DNA from: Oscillospiraceae bacterium
Lineage (GTDB): Bacteria > Bacillota > Clostridia > Oscillospirales > Acutalibacteraceae
Reading direction: 5' to 3'
Assembly (NCBI GenBank): GCA_015066105.1
Contig: SVOY01000001.1
Coordinates: forward strand, 458,127-522,126
Length of the DNA: 64,000 nucleotides
Shown: one piece after another, positions 20,903 to 31,200 of the stretch
How the letters are laid out: each line of letters starts with the position of its first letter
Position numbering within the stretch: position 1 is the stretch's first letter
Made by a program: the position numbers and the translations under genes
The notes under the pieces: model-generated
What the model was told of the DNA's origin: nothing
Seen by the model: only the letters and a program-made list of their open reading frames with translations
Databases searched by the model: none

Positions 20903-21813
20903 TAAGCTCATATATTTTTGCCGTTGAGGCTGACCTCGTCGGCGAAAGAATTGATAAGGCCGTAACGGAAAAATGCGCCCTTAACTCCCGTTCTGCGGCG
21001 CAGAAGCTGCTTGACGGCGGCGCTGTCAGGGTCAACGGCATTGCCGTTACAAAAAACTACAAGGTGAGGCTCGGGGATAAAATCACCGTGCAGGTGCCCG
21101 AGGCAAGGGAGCTTGAAATCAAGGCCGAAAACATTCCCCTTGATATAAGATACGAGGACAGCGACCTGCTTGTTGTAAACAAGCCAAAGGATATGGTTGT
21201 CCACCCCGCCGCAGGCAACTACGACGGCACCCTTGTCAACGCCCTTTTGTATCACTGTAAGGACAGTCTTTCGGGCATAAACGGCGTAATCCGCCCGGGC
21301 ATCGTTCACCGTATTGACAAGGATACAAGCGGTCTTATCATTGTTGCAAAAAACGATTTTGCCCACATTCACCTTGCCGGGCAGATTAAGGCTCACTCCT
21401 TCACAAGGCAGTATCAGAGCGTTGTTTACGGCAGAATTAAAAACGAAAGCGGCAAAATTGACGCGCCGATTGGCCGTCACCCCGTTGACCGCAAAAAAAT
21501 GACGGTCACCACAAAAAATTCAAAAAACGCGGTTACCCATTACGAGCTTGTTGAGCAGTTTGACAGCTTTGCTCACCTCAGGCTCACGCTTGAAACGGGC
21601 AGAACCCACCAGATAAGAGTGCATATGGCTTACATTGGCCACCCCGTTGCGGGCGACCCCGTATACGGGCCTAAAAAGGTTATAGAATATCTTGGCGGAC
21701 AGTGCCTTCATGCAGGCCTGATAGGCTTCAGGCATCCGCGCACAGGGAAATATATCGAGATAGAAAGTGAGCTTCCCGAATATTTCACGGACTTCATAAG
21801 GAGGATTAAGTGA
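20899..21813 (+). CDS. rluD: RluA/RluD-family 23S rRNA pseudouridine synthase
   Basis: 304 aa; S4 domain followed by the catalytic HRIDKDTSGL motif. Confidence 0.9.
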   Translation: MISSYIFAVEADLVGERIDKAVTEKCALNSRSAAQKLLDGGAVRVNGIAVTKNYKVRLGDKITVQVPEARELEIKAENIPLDIRYEDSDLLVVNKPKDMVVHPAAGNYDGTLVNALLYHCKDSLSGINGVIRPGIVHRIDKDTSGLIIVAKNDFAHIHLAGQIKAHSFTRQYQSVVYGRIKNESGKIDAPIGRHPVDRKKMTVTTKNSKNAVTHYELVEQFDSFAHLRLTLETGRTHQIRVHMAYIGHPVAGDPVYGPKKVIEYLGGQCLHAGLIGFRHPRTGKYIEIESELPEYFTDFIRRIK

Positions 21814-21814
21814 A

Positions 21815-22645
21815 ATGACAGAAATTAAAAAAAATCTATCCGACTGGCTTATTGCCTCAGATATAGACGGAACAATAAATAACAAGGCAAGAAAGCTCGT
21901 AAAGCGCAATTACGATGCAATTCACCGCTACATTGATGAATGTGGCGGCCACTTCACCCTTGCCTCGGGCAGAAGCCCCGATTCAATGCGCAAGCACTAC
22001 AAGCGCCTTGACATTGCCGACGGAAAGGCGATTGTAATAAACGGCGCAGGCATATACGACTTTGCAAAGGAGGAAATGGTCTGGTCAGACCCGCTTAACG
22101 AGCACTGCATTGACATTGTGCGCAAGACCGTGAAAAAATTTCCCTTCCTTGCCTTTCAGGTTATTTCAGATAAGGTTGTTTACCTTTTCAGACCCACACC
22201 CTCGGCGAGAATTCTTGCCGTCAATGCGCAGTATCCCATAAAGTATTTTTACAATTTTGAAAAAATCCCCAAGGAGAATTGGTATAAGGTTATTTTCACG
22301 GGTCTTCCGCCCGAAATGAAAATGACGGCAAAATTTGTTGAAAGCCTTTCAAGCACAACGGAAAACCTTATGTTTTCCTCTGCCTGGAGCTACGAAATGG
22401 TGAATGAAACCACCAACAAGGGCAAGGCGGTGTTGAAGCTTGCTCAAATGCTTGGCGTTGAAAAGGACCACACCGCCGCAATCGGCGATTATTTCAACGA
22501 TTATGAAATGCTTAAGCAGGTCGGACTTCCTGCCTGCTGCGGTCAGGCACCCAAGGGAATGAAGGATATTTCAAGGCTTGTTACCTGCCACTGCAACAAC
22601 GGTGCCGTTGCTGATTTGATTGAATATATTATTCACAACGGATAA
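21815..22645 (+). CDS. Cof-type HAD-IIB phosphatase
   Basis: 276 aa; nucleophile motif ASDIDGT, then NKG and GDYFND motifs. Confidence 0.75.
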   Translation: MTEIKKNLSDWLIASDIDGTINNKARKLVKRNYDAIHRYIDECGGHFTLASGRSPDSMRKHYKRLDIADGKAIVINGAGIYDFAKEEMVWSDPLNEHCIDIVRKTVKKFPFLAFQVISDKVVYLFRPTPSARILAVNAQYPIKYFYNFEKIPKENWYKVIFTGLPPEMKMTAKFVESLSSTTENLMFSSAWSYEMVNETTNKGKAVLKLAQMLGVEKDHTAAIGDYFNDYEMLKQVGLPACCGQAPKGMKDISRLVTCHCNNGAVADLIEYIIHNG

Positions 22646-22694
22646 TATAGCAATATAAAATTTAAAGATTAAAAATCTTTTTAAGGAGGATAAT

Positions 22695-23537
22695 ATGAAC
22701 GAAAACAGAAGAAAAGAACTCAAAAAAATTGCTTTGAATGTTCGTAAGGGTGTTATTGAAGGCACATTCAACGCAAAGTCGGGTCATCCCGGCGGTTCAC
22801 TTTCAATTACGGATATTATAACCTATCTGTACTTTGAAAAAATGAACGTTAACCCCGAAAAGCCTGATGACGAAAACAGAGACCGCTTTGTGCTTTCAAA
22901 GGGTCACACCGCACCTGCGCTTTATGCCGCACTTGCACACAGAGGCTTTTTTCCCGTGGAGCTGCTTAAAACTCTGCGTAAGCCCGATTCAATCCTTCAG
23001 GGTCACCCCAGTATGAGATATACTCCCGGTGTTGATATGAGCACGGGCTCACTCGGTCAGGGCATTTCCGTTGCCTGCGGTATGGCACTTGGTGCAAAGC
23101 TCAAGGGCAAGGACTTCAAGGTTTACGTGCCCCTCGGCGACGGTGAAATTGAAGAAGGTCAGGTATGGGAGGCCGCAATGTTTGCAGGCAACAGAAAGCT
23201 TGACAATCTTGTTGCAATCGTTGACTATAACAACCTTCAGATTGACGGCTCACTTGATGAGGTTAACTCACCTTATCCCATCAAGGAAAAGTTTGAGGCC
23301 TTTAACTGGAATGTAATTGAAATCAACGGTCACTGCTTTGACCAGATTGAGGATGCCTTCAACAAGGCTGACGAATGTAAGGGTAAGCCCACCTGTATTG
23401 TTGCAAAAACAGTCAAGGGTAAGGGTGTATCCTTTATGGAAGATAAGTGCGACTGGCACGGTTCGGCACCCAATGCCGAGCAGTACGAACAGGCAATGGC
23501 AGAGCTTGACGCTGCCCTCAACGAGCTGGAGGTGTAA
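22695..23537 (+). CDS. transketolase, N-terminal (TPP-binding) subunit
   Basis: 280 aa; GHPGGSLS and GDGEIEEGQVWEA motifs. Confidence 0.9.
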   Translation: MNENRRKELKKIALNVRKGVIEGTFNAKSGHPGGSLSITDIITYLYFEKMNVNPEKPDDENRDRFVLSKGHTAPALYAALAHRGFFPVELLKTLRKPDSILQGHPSMRYTPGVDMSTGSLGQGISVACGMALGAKLKGKDFKVYVPLGDGEIEEGQVWEAAMFAGNRKLDNLVAIVDYNNLQIDGSLDEVNSPYPIKEKFEAFNWNVIEINGHCFDQIEDAFNKADECKGKPTCIVAKTVKGKGVSFMEDKCDWHGSAPNAEQYEQAMAELDAALNELEV

Positions 23538-23539
23538 TT

Positions 23540-24496
23540 ATGGCTGATGTAATCAAATGTGCAACAAGAGACGCTTACGGTGCCGCCCTTAAGGAGCTTG
23601 GCAGCAGAGACGATATCCTTGTTCTTGACGCTGACCTTGCAAAGGCAACCAAAACAATCACCTTTAAAAAGGAATTCCCCGAAAAGTTTGTTGACTGCGG
23701 TATTGCAGAGGGAAATATGGTAGGCGTTGCCGCAGGCCTTGCAACAACGGGCTACACGGTATTTGCTTCATCCTTTGCAATGTTTGCCGCAGGCAGAGCC
23801 TTTGAGCAGGTAAGAAACTCCGTTGCTTATCCCAAGCTCAATGTTAAAATCGGTGCAACTCACGCAGGCATCTCCGTCGGTGAAGACGGTGCCTCACACC
23901 AGTGCTGTGAGGATATTGCCCTTATGAGAAGCATACCCAATATGGTTATCATCAACCCCGCTGACGATGTTGAAGCAAAGCAGGCCGTTTTTGCCGCTGT
24001 TGAGCATGAGGGTCCCGTTTATCTTCGCTTCGGCAGACTTGCAGTGCCCCGCGTAAATGCTGAGGATTACAAGTTTGAGCTTGGCAAGGGCGTGCTTTTA
24101 AGGGGCGGTAACGATGTGACAATCGTTGCAACGGGTCTTATGGTCAATGAGGCTCTTCTTGCCGCTGATGCGCTTGCAAAGGAAGGCATTGAAGCAAGAG
24201 TTATCAACATTCACACAATCAAGCCACTTGATAAGGGTATTATCGTAAAGGCGGCAAAGGAAACCGGCGCAATCGTTACTGCTGAGGAGCACAGCGTTAT
24301 CGGCGGTCTCGGCGGTGCTGTTACAGAGGCCCTTGCAGAAGAATGTCCCGTTCCCGTGCTTCGTCTCGGTGTTGAGGATACCTTCGGCAAGTCAGGCCCC
24401 GCATTGGAGCTTCTTAAAATCTTCGGCCTTGATGCTGAGCATATTGCAGAAAAAGCCAAAAAGGCTATTGATTTAAAGCACAAGCTTGCAAAATAA
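23540..24496 (+). CDS. transketolase, C-terminal (pyrimidine-binding) subunit
   Basis: 318 aa; adjacent to the N-subunit; GIAEGNMVGVAAGLA motif. Confidence 0.9.
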   Translation: MADVIKCATRDAYGAALKELGSRDDILVLDADLAKATKTITFKKEFPEKFVDCGIAEGNMVGVAAGLATTGYTVFASSFAMFAAGRAFEQVRNSVAYPKLNVKIGATHAGISVGEDGASHQCCEDIALMRSIPNMVIINPADDVEAKQAVFAAVEHEGPVYLRFGRLAVPRVNAEDYKFELGKGVLLRGGNDVTIVATGLMVNEALLAADALAKEGIEARVINIHTIKPLDKGIIVKAAKETGAIVTAEEHSVIGGLGGAVTEALAEECPVPVLRLGVEDTFGKSGPALELLKIFGLDAEHIAEKAKKAIDLKHKLAK

Positions 24497-24516
24497 ACTA
24501 AAGGTAGGTTTTTACA

Positions 24517-24720
24517 ATGAAGGAAATTACTAAGGATATGGTTATCGGCGACATTCTTGACGCTGATGCAGGAACTGCAATGTTCTTTTTTGAAATGGGT
24601 ATGCACTGCCTCGGCTGTCCTGCATCAAGGGGCGAAACCGTTGAAGAGGCTTGCTCCGTTCACGGTGTAAGCGTTGACGAGCTTATTGCAAGAATTAACG
24701 AATACCTTGCTTCCAAATAA
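24517..24720 (+). CDS. DUF1858 domain protein (hybrid-cluster-protein-associated redox disulfide domain)
   Basis: 67 aa; GMHCLGCP motif. Confidence 0.65.
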   Translation: MKEITKDMVIGDILDADAGTAMFFFEMGMHCLGCPASRGETVEEACSVHGVSVDELIARINEYLASK

Positions 24721-24732
24721 GTAAACGGATGG

Positions 24733-24770
24733 TGAGCCGCTCTTTCCATGGTAAAGGGTGGCTCATTTTT
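24733..24770 (+). terminator. rho-independent terminator
   Basis: About 13-bp stem (tgagccgctcttt / aaagggtggctca) followed by TTTTT. Confidence 0.7.
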
Positions 24771-24787
24771 GAAATATGAGGTAAACT

Positions 24788-25474
24788 ATGGGAAAAATCA
24801 GACTTGACAGCCGCCTTAATGAGGTTGCGGCCTTTGTGAGAAAAAACTCGGTTGTTGCCGATATAGGCACCGACCACGCCTACCTTCTTGCCTATCTTCT
24901 GCAGGAGGGGATTATAAGCAGGGGCATTGCGGCAGATTTAAGGCAGGGCCCCCTTGACAATGCAAAAAGAACGCTCATTGACTGCGGTCAGCTTGAAAGG
25001 GTAAGCCTTGTTTTGTCTGACGGCCTTGACAGGCTCAGGCAGGGCGACTGCGACGATATTGTTATTGCAGGTATGGGCGGCATACTTATAAGGGATATTC
25101 TTCAAAGAACGCCCTGGGTTTATAACAGTAAAATCCGCATAATTGCTCAGCCAATGAGCCACGCAGAGGTTTTACGCCGCTTTTTTGCGGAAAACGGCTT
25201 TAAAATTATCAAAGAGTCAGCCGCAACCGACGGCAGACACAGCTATTGCATCATCCTTGCGGAATTTGACGGTGTGAAGCGCACCGCCGAAGGCTGGTAC
25301 ACCTATATAGGCGAGCTTTACAAAAACAGCGATGAGGTATCGCGCACCTACATAAATAAGGTTGTCCTTGCCCTTGAAAAAAAGCTTGCTGCCTTGAAGG
25401 CGGCAGGCATCAATGACAGTGAGGGCCTTGAAACAACCGTAAACGAAATTAAAAAGAGAATTACAGAGGTATAA
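24788..25474 (+). CDS. trmK: tRNA (adenine22-N1)-methyltransferase
   Basis: 228 aa; VADIGTDHAYL SAM motif and AGMGG motif. Confidence 0.85.
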   Translation: MGKIRLDSRLNEVAAFVRKNSVVADIGTDHAYLLAYLLQEGIISRGIAADLRQGPLDNAKRTLIDCGQLERVSLVLSDGLDRLRQGDCDDIVIAGMGGILIRDILQRTPWVYNSKIRIIAQPMSHAEVLRRFFAENGFKIIKESAATDGRHSYCIILAEFDGVKRTAEGWYTYIGELYKNSDEVSRTYINKVVLALEKKLAALKAAGINDSEGLETTVNEIKKRITEV

Positions 25475-25475
25475 A

Positions 25476-26237
25476 ATGGTTAAGGTTAAAGATATTTCTG
25501 ATTATATAAACAGCTTTGCACCCTATGAAACCCGGTGCGATTGGGACAACTGCGGCTTGCTTGTGGGCGACGGTGAGCAGACGGTGAATAAGGTTGCCCT
25601 TTGCCTCGACCTTACAGAGGAAACCCTTGACGGGGCAATAAGCTCGGGCGCAGACCTTGTTGTTACCCATCACCCTGTTATTTTCACGCCGCAGAAAAGC
25701 TTTCTCAGGGGCGACAAGGCCTTTGAGCTTGCGGCAAGGGGAATAAGCCTTATTTCCGCGCACACCTGCTTTGACTGTGCAGAAGGCGGAGTTAACGATG
25801 TGCTTTGCAATGTGCTCGGCATAAGCGGTGCTGAAGCCGTTGCTTCCGCAGAGCTTGCCGTGCCTATGGTAAGAATAGGCGAGGTAAAAGAGCAGTCCAC
25901 CCTTGAGCTTGCCGCCCTTGTTGCTTCAAGGCTCGGCACAAAATGCCGTGTTGTTGATTGCGGCAACAGTGTTAAAAGGGTTGCCGTCTGCGGCGGTGCG
26001 GGTATGGATTTTTACCTTGATGCCGTAAAGGCAGGTGCCGATGCTTACGTTACGGGCGAAATCAAGCACCACGAAATGCTTTTTGCCAAGGAAACGGGCG
26101 TAACCGTAATTGAAGCAGGCCATTTTGAAACGGAAAATCCTGCAATGACCGCACTGAAAAATATGCTTGAAAAAAGGTTTTCACAGGTTGAATTTGTTCT
26201 TGTTGAGCAATCGGCTCCCGTGAAATTTATCGGATAA
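25476..26237 (+). CDS. Nif3-like dinuclear metal-centre protein
   Basis: 253 aa; VVTHHP and AGHFETE motifs; conserved pairing with trmK. Confidence 0.85.
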   Translation: MVKVKDISDYINSFAPYETRCDWDNCGLLVGDGEQTVNKVALCLDLTEETLDGAISSGADLVVTHHPVIFTPQKSFLRGDKAFELAARGISLISAHTCFDCAEGGVNDVLCNVLGISGAEAVASAELAVPMVRIGEVKEQSTLELAALVASRLGTKCRVVDCGNSVKRVAVCGGAGMDFYLDAVKAGADAYVTGEIKHHEMLFAKETGVTVIEAGHFETENPAMTALKNMLEKRFSQVEFVLVEQSAPVKFIG

Positions 26238-26261
26238 AAATATACAGATTACAGGTGAATT

Positions 26262-28010
26262 ATGGCACTTGACGGAATATTCCTTACAAAAATTAAAAAT
26301 GAGCTTAACGAAAAGGCTGTCGGCTTGCGCGTTGACCGTGTGAATCAGCCGACAAATGACGAAATTATACTCAATCTGCGCGGCAGGGGTGTCAGCTATA
26401 AGCTGCTTTTCTGTGTCCGTGCCGACAGTCCGCGCCTTCATTTTACAAGCCACAGCATTGATAATCCGCCCGTTCCGCCCATGTTCTGTATGCTTCTTCG
26501 CAAATATCTTACGGGTGCTCTCATCAAGGGCTTCAGACAGTTTGAAAGCGACAGAATTATTTTCGTTGACCTTGATGCAACCAACGAGATTGGCGACAGA
26601 ATTGAGGTCAGCCTCTGCATTGAGGTAATGAACAAGTATTCCAACCTCATTTTCCTGAAGGACGGCAAAATAATCGACGCCCTTAAGCGTGTTGACATCA
26701 CAACCTCCTCAGTAAGGCAGATACTGCCCGGTATGGAATATAAGCTGCCGCCCAAGCAGGATAAGCTCTGCCTTGAAAAATGCGAAACGGCAGAGCTTGT
26801 AAAAAGAATTATGACCTTTAGGGAAAAAAGCCTTTCGGGAGCAATTATGGCTTCTGTTCAGGGCGTTTCTCCCGTCATTGCAAGGGAAATATCACACAGA
26901 GTCTGCTTTGACGATTTGCAGGTAAAGGAGCTCGGCAGTGATAATACCGAAGCCCTTTTCAAGGAGCTTGAGGCCATAAAAACAGACCTTCCCTTAAGCG
27001 GTGAGGTTTATATGCTCACCGAGCAAAGCGGCAAGCCCAAGGATATGTCACACCTTGAGATAAGGCAGTACGGCGATGCGCTCTGCTGTAAAAAATATGA
27101 AAGCCCCTCAGAGCTTCTTGACGATTTTTACTTTGAGCGCGACAGAATTAACCGCATAAACCACCGCGGCAGAGAGCTTATAAGACTGCTTAACAAGCTG
27201 ATTGAAAGAACCTCGAGAAAAATTGCCCTGCAGCAGCAGGAGCTCAGGCGCTGTGAGGATAAGGACACTCTTAAGCTTTACGGTGAGCTTATTGTTGCAA
27301 ACCTTTACAGGCTTAAAAAGGGCACGGCCTACTATGAGGTTGAAAACTATTACGATAACTGCAGCTTAATCAGAATTCCCTGCAACCCTGCATTAAGCCC
27401 CCAGGAAAATCAGAAAAAATACTACAAGGATTACCGCAAGGCACAAACTGCCCAGAGGCTCCTTGTTGACCTTATAAAGCAGGGTGAGGAGGAGCTTATT
27501 TACCTTGAATCGGTGCTTGATGAGCTTTCACGCGCCGATACGGATGCTGAAATTTCACTCATCCGCCTTGAGCTTTCCTCGGCAGGCTACATCAGAAACA
27601 CAAAGGCGAAAAAGCAAAAGCCGCCAAAGGAGCTTCCGCCCTACGAGTTTATGACAAGCGACGGCTACAGAGTGCTTGTGGGCAGAAACAACATTCAGAA
27701 TGACAGACTTTCGCTCAAAACCGCAAGAAAAACCGATATGTGGCTTCACACGCAGAAAATTCCCGGCTCGCACGTAATAATCTGCGGTGACGGCAGAGAA
27801 ATCAGCGACAACGCCATTGAGGAGGCGGCGGTAATTGCCGCAGTTTACAGTAAGGCGGCGGATTCTTCGCTTGTGCCCGTTGACTATACCCCCGTAAAGC
27901 AGCTGAAAAAGCCCGTTGGCAGTAAGGCGGGTATGGTGATTTATCACGAATACTATACGATTATCGTTAATCCCGACAAGGATAAAGTCGAAGCGTTGAG
28001 GGTGAAGTAG
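26262..28010 (+). CDS. rqcH: ribosome quality-control factor RqcH (NFACT/FbpA family)
   Basis: 582 aa; NFACT-N start MALDGIFL, coiled coil, NFACT-R (GRNNIQND, GSHVII). Confidence 0.85.
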   Translation: MALDGIFLTKIKNELNEKAVGLRVDRVNQPTNDEIILNLRGRGVSYKLLFCVRADSPRLHFTSHSIDNPPVPPMFCMLLRKYLTGALIKGFRQFESDRIIFVDLDATNEIGDRIEVSLCIEVMNKYSNLIFLKDGKIIDALKRVDITTSSVRQILPGMEYKLPPKQDKLCLEKCETAELVKRIMTFREKSLSGAIMASVQGVSPVIAREISHRVCFDDLQVKELGSDNTEALFKELEAIKTDLPLSGEVYMLTEQSGKPKDMSHLEIRQYGDALCCKKYESPSELLDDFYFERDRINRINHRGRELIRLLNKLIERTSRKIALQQQELRRCEDKDTLKLYGELIVANLYRLKKGTAYYEVENYYDNCSLIRIPCNPALSPQENQKKYYKDYRKAQTAQRLLVDLIKQGEEELIYLESVLDELSRADTDAEISLIRLELSSAGYIRNTKAKKQKPPKELPPYEFMTSDGYRVLVGRNNIQNDRLSLKTARKTDMWLHTQKIPGSHVIICGDGREISDNAIEEAAVIAAVYSKAADSSLVPVDYTPVKQLKKPVGSKAGMVIYHEYYTIIVNPDKDKVEALRVK

Positions 28011-28014
28011 GGAA

Positions 28015-28236
28015 GAATTCGCAATTCGCAATTCGCAATGCGCAATTGCGGTCGCGGGATAAAATTCATATTCATTCAATAAGTGTCCGCATAGAAAAGT
28101 TTGGTAAAAACGGTAACATAGTAAATTTATATTTTTTCAAATTCCGGCGTCATATTAAAAACACTGAGCTTCTGCTCGGATATAATCGGAGCGAAGCGAC
28201 CCTTAATTGCGAATTGCGCATTGCGCATTGCGAATT
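28015..28236. repeat. composite element: inverted heptamer arrays bracketing an AT-rich core of about 150 bp
   Basis: Left array 28016-28050 is (AATTCGC)x3 AATGCGC AATTGCG. Right array 28205-28236 is AATTGCG AATTGCG CATTGCG CATTGCG AATT. They are mutual reverse complements. The 21-mer AATCGGAGCGAAGCGACCCTT lies at 28184-28204. Confidence 0.85.
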
Positions 28237-28256
28237 TAAAAAAAGGAGGACGGATT

Positions 28257-31200
28257 ATGGCATTCACACATTTGCATCTTCACACGGAATACAGCCTGCT
28301 TGACGGTGCCTGCAGAATAAACAAGCTTATGGACAGAGTCAGAGAGCTCGGGCAGACAAGCGTTGCAATCACTGACCACGGTGTGATGTACGGTGTTATA
28401 GATTTTTACAACGCCGCCAAGGAAAAGGGCGTAAAGCCGATTATCGGCTGTGAATGTTATGTTGCGGCAAGAAGCCGTCACGATAAGGTGCACGGTCTTG
28501 ACAGTAAAAGATATCATCTTGTTCTCCTTTGCGAAAACGAAACAGGCTACAAAAACCTCATTGCAATGGTCAGCAAGGCCTGGACAGAGGGCTTTTACAC
28601 CAAGCCGAGGATTGACCGTGAGCTGCTTATGAAGCACAGCGAGGGTCTTATTGCCCTTTCGGGCTGTCTTGCGGGCGAGGTTTCCTCAGCCCTTGCAAGA
28701 GGGGACTACGCAGGTGCACGTGACGTTGCATTGTGGTACCGTGACCTTTTCGGCAAGGACCGCTATTACCTTGAAATTCAGAATCACGGCCTTCGCGAGC
28801 AGCTTGAAATCAACCCCGACCTTGTGCGCCTTTCAAGAGAAACGGGCATACCCCTTGTTGCAACAAACGACTGCCACTACCTTGAACAGGCAGACTCCTC
28901 ACTTCAGCAGGTGCTTATCTGCATCCAGACCAACCACACCCTCGGCGAGGAAACGGGGCTTGAGTTTTCCACCGATGAGTTTTACGTAAAAAGCGAAGAG
29001 GAGATGCGCTCCCTTTTTTCACAGCTGCCCGAGGCGATTTCAAACACTCAGAAAATTGCCGATATGTGCAGCCTTGACTTTGAATTCGGCAACACTAAGC
29101 TGCCTCATTTTGAAGTGCCCAACGGAATGGACCACTTTGAATACTTTAAAAATCAGTGCTTTTACGGCCTTTGCAAGCACTTCGGCGACAATCCGCCCGA
29201 AAAATACGTTGAAAGGCTTAACTATGAGCTTGATGTTATAAACAAAATGGGCTATGTGGATTATTTCCTTATAGTTCACGATTTTATCCGCCACGCAAAA
29301 AGCCGCAATATTCCCGTCGGCCCCGGCAGAGGCTCGGGTGCAGGCTCGCTTGCGGCCTACTGTATCGGCATTACGGGCATTGACCCGCTTAAATACAATC
29401 TGCTTTTCGAACGCTTTCTCAACCCGGAAAGAGTCAGTATGCCCGACTTTGATATTGACTTCTGCTATGTAAGACGGCAGGAGGTAATCGACTATGTTAT
29501 TTCAAAATACGGCGCTGACCGCGTTGCGCAGATTGTCACCTTCGGCACAATGGCGGCAAGGGCGGCAGTGCGTGATGTAGGCCGTGCCCTCGGCATCCCC
29601 TACGCAACGGTTGACGAGGTTGCAAAGCTTATACCGAACGAGCTGAAAATCACCATTGACAAGGCCCTTAAAATGACCCCCGAATTAAGACAGCTTTACG
29701 GTGACGATGACAGGGTCAGAAGCCTTATTGACATTGCCCGTAAGGTTGAGGGTATGCCGAGACACGCCTCAACCCACGCGGCGGGCGTTGTTATCACCCG
29801 TGACCCCGTTTCAAGCTACGTGCCTCTTGCCGTTAACGACGAGGCGGCGGTTACTCAGTTTACAATGGTTACCCTTGAACGGTTGGGACTTCTCAAAATG
29901 GACTTTCTCGGCCTTCGCACGCTGACGGTTATTGACGATGCCGTGAAGCTCATTAAAAAGCATAATCCCGATTTTGACCTCAACAGCATTTCAACTGACG
30001 ATAAAAAGACCTTTGAAATGCTTTCTCAGGGCAGGACGGATGCCGTTTTCCAATATGAATCAGCAGGTATGAGGAGCGTGCTTTCACGCCTTAAGCCCGA
30101 AAGCCTTGAGGACCTTATTGCGGTCATTTCCCTTTACCGACCGGGCCCTGCCGATTCCATTGATACCTATATCCACAACCGCCACCACCCCGAGGATACA
30201 GTTTACAAGTCAGAAATACTTAAGGATATTCTTGATGTTACCTACGGCTGTATGGTCTATCAGGAGCAGGTGATGGAAATCTGCCGCAAGGTGGCAGGCT
30301 ACAGCTACGGCAGAGCCGACCTTGTGCGCCGTGCAATGAGCAAGAAAAAGCTTGACGTTATGGAAAAGGAAAGGCAGATATTCATTCACGGCATACCGGG
30401 CGATGAGGTGTGCACGGGCGCAATAGCACACGGCGTGAGCAAAAAGGCGGCAAACGAAATTTTTGACGAGATGAGCAACTTTGCAAAATACGCCTTCAAC
30501 AAATCCCACGCGGCGGCCTATGCTTACGTTTCCTATCAGACGGCCTGGCTCAAATGCCATTACCCCTGCGAGCTGCTTGCGGCCACGCTTACAAGCGTGC
30601 TTGATTCCTCAACCAAGGTTTCAACCTATATTTCAGAGTGCACACGTCTCGGCATAAGGGTGCTTGCGCCGAGCGTAAACAGCAGCTTTGAGGGCTTTAC
30701 GGTTAAAAACGGCGCAATCCGCTTCGGTCTTCTCGCAATCAAAAACCTCGGCAGAGGCTTCATCCGCACAATTATTGCCGAGCGTGAGGCGGCAGGCAGA
30801 TACACAAGCTTTTACACCTTCTGCAAGCGTGTTTATTCAAAGGAATTCAACCGCCGTGCCGTTGAAAGCCTGATAAAATGCGGCGCGCTTGACGGCCTTG
30901 ACCTCAACCGCCGTCAGATGCTTTATATGCTTCCGCTTATCGCTGCCGAGCTTGACGCCGATAAAAACAGAAACATTGCGGGTCAGATAGGCTTTTTTGA
31001 CGAGGGCTCACAGTTTGCGGATATGAACGATATGAAGGCACCCGACCTTGAGGAGCTGCCCTATAAGGAGCTGCTTGCCTTTGAAAAGGAGATAACGGGT
31101 CTTTACATTTCGGGTCATCCCATGGACGAATACCGCGAGGTTGCAAAGCGCATCAAGGCTGACACAATTGCCGAAATTGTTGAAAGCGACGGCTCCTTCG

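Noticed and set aside
28015-28236. CRISPR array
   Set aside because: The repeat unit is only 7 bp, the units are contiguous with no spacers, and no cas genes are present.
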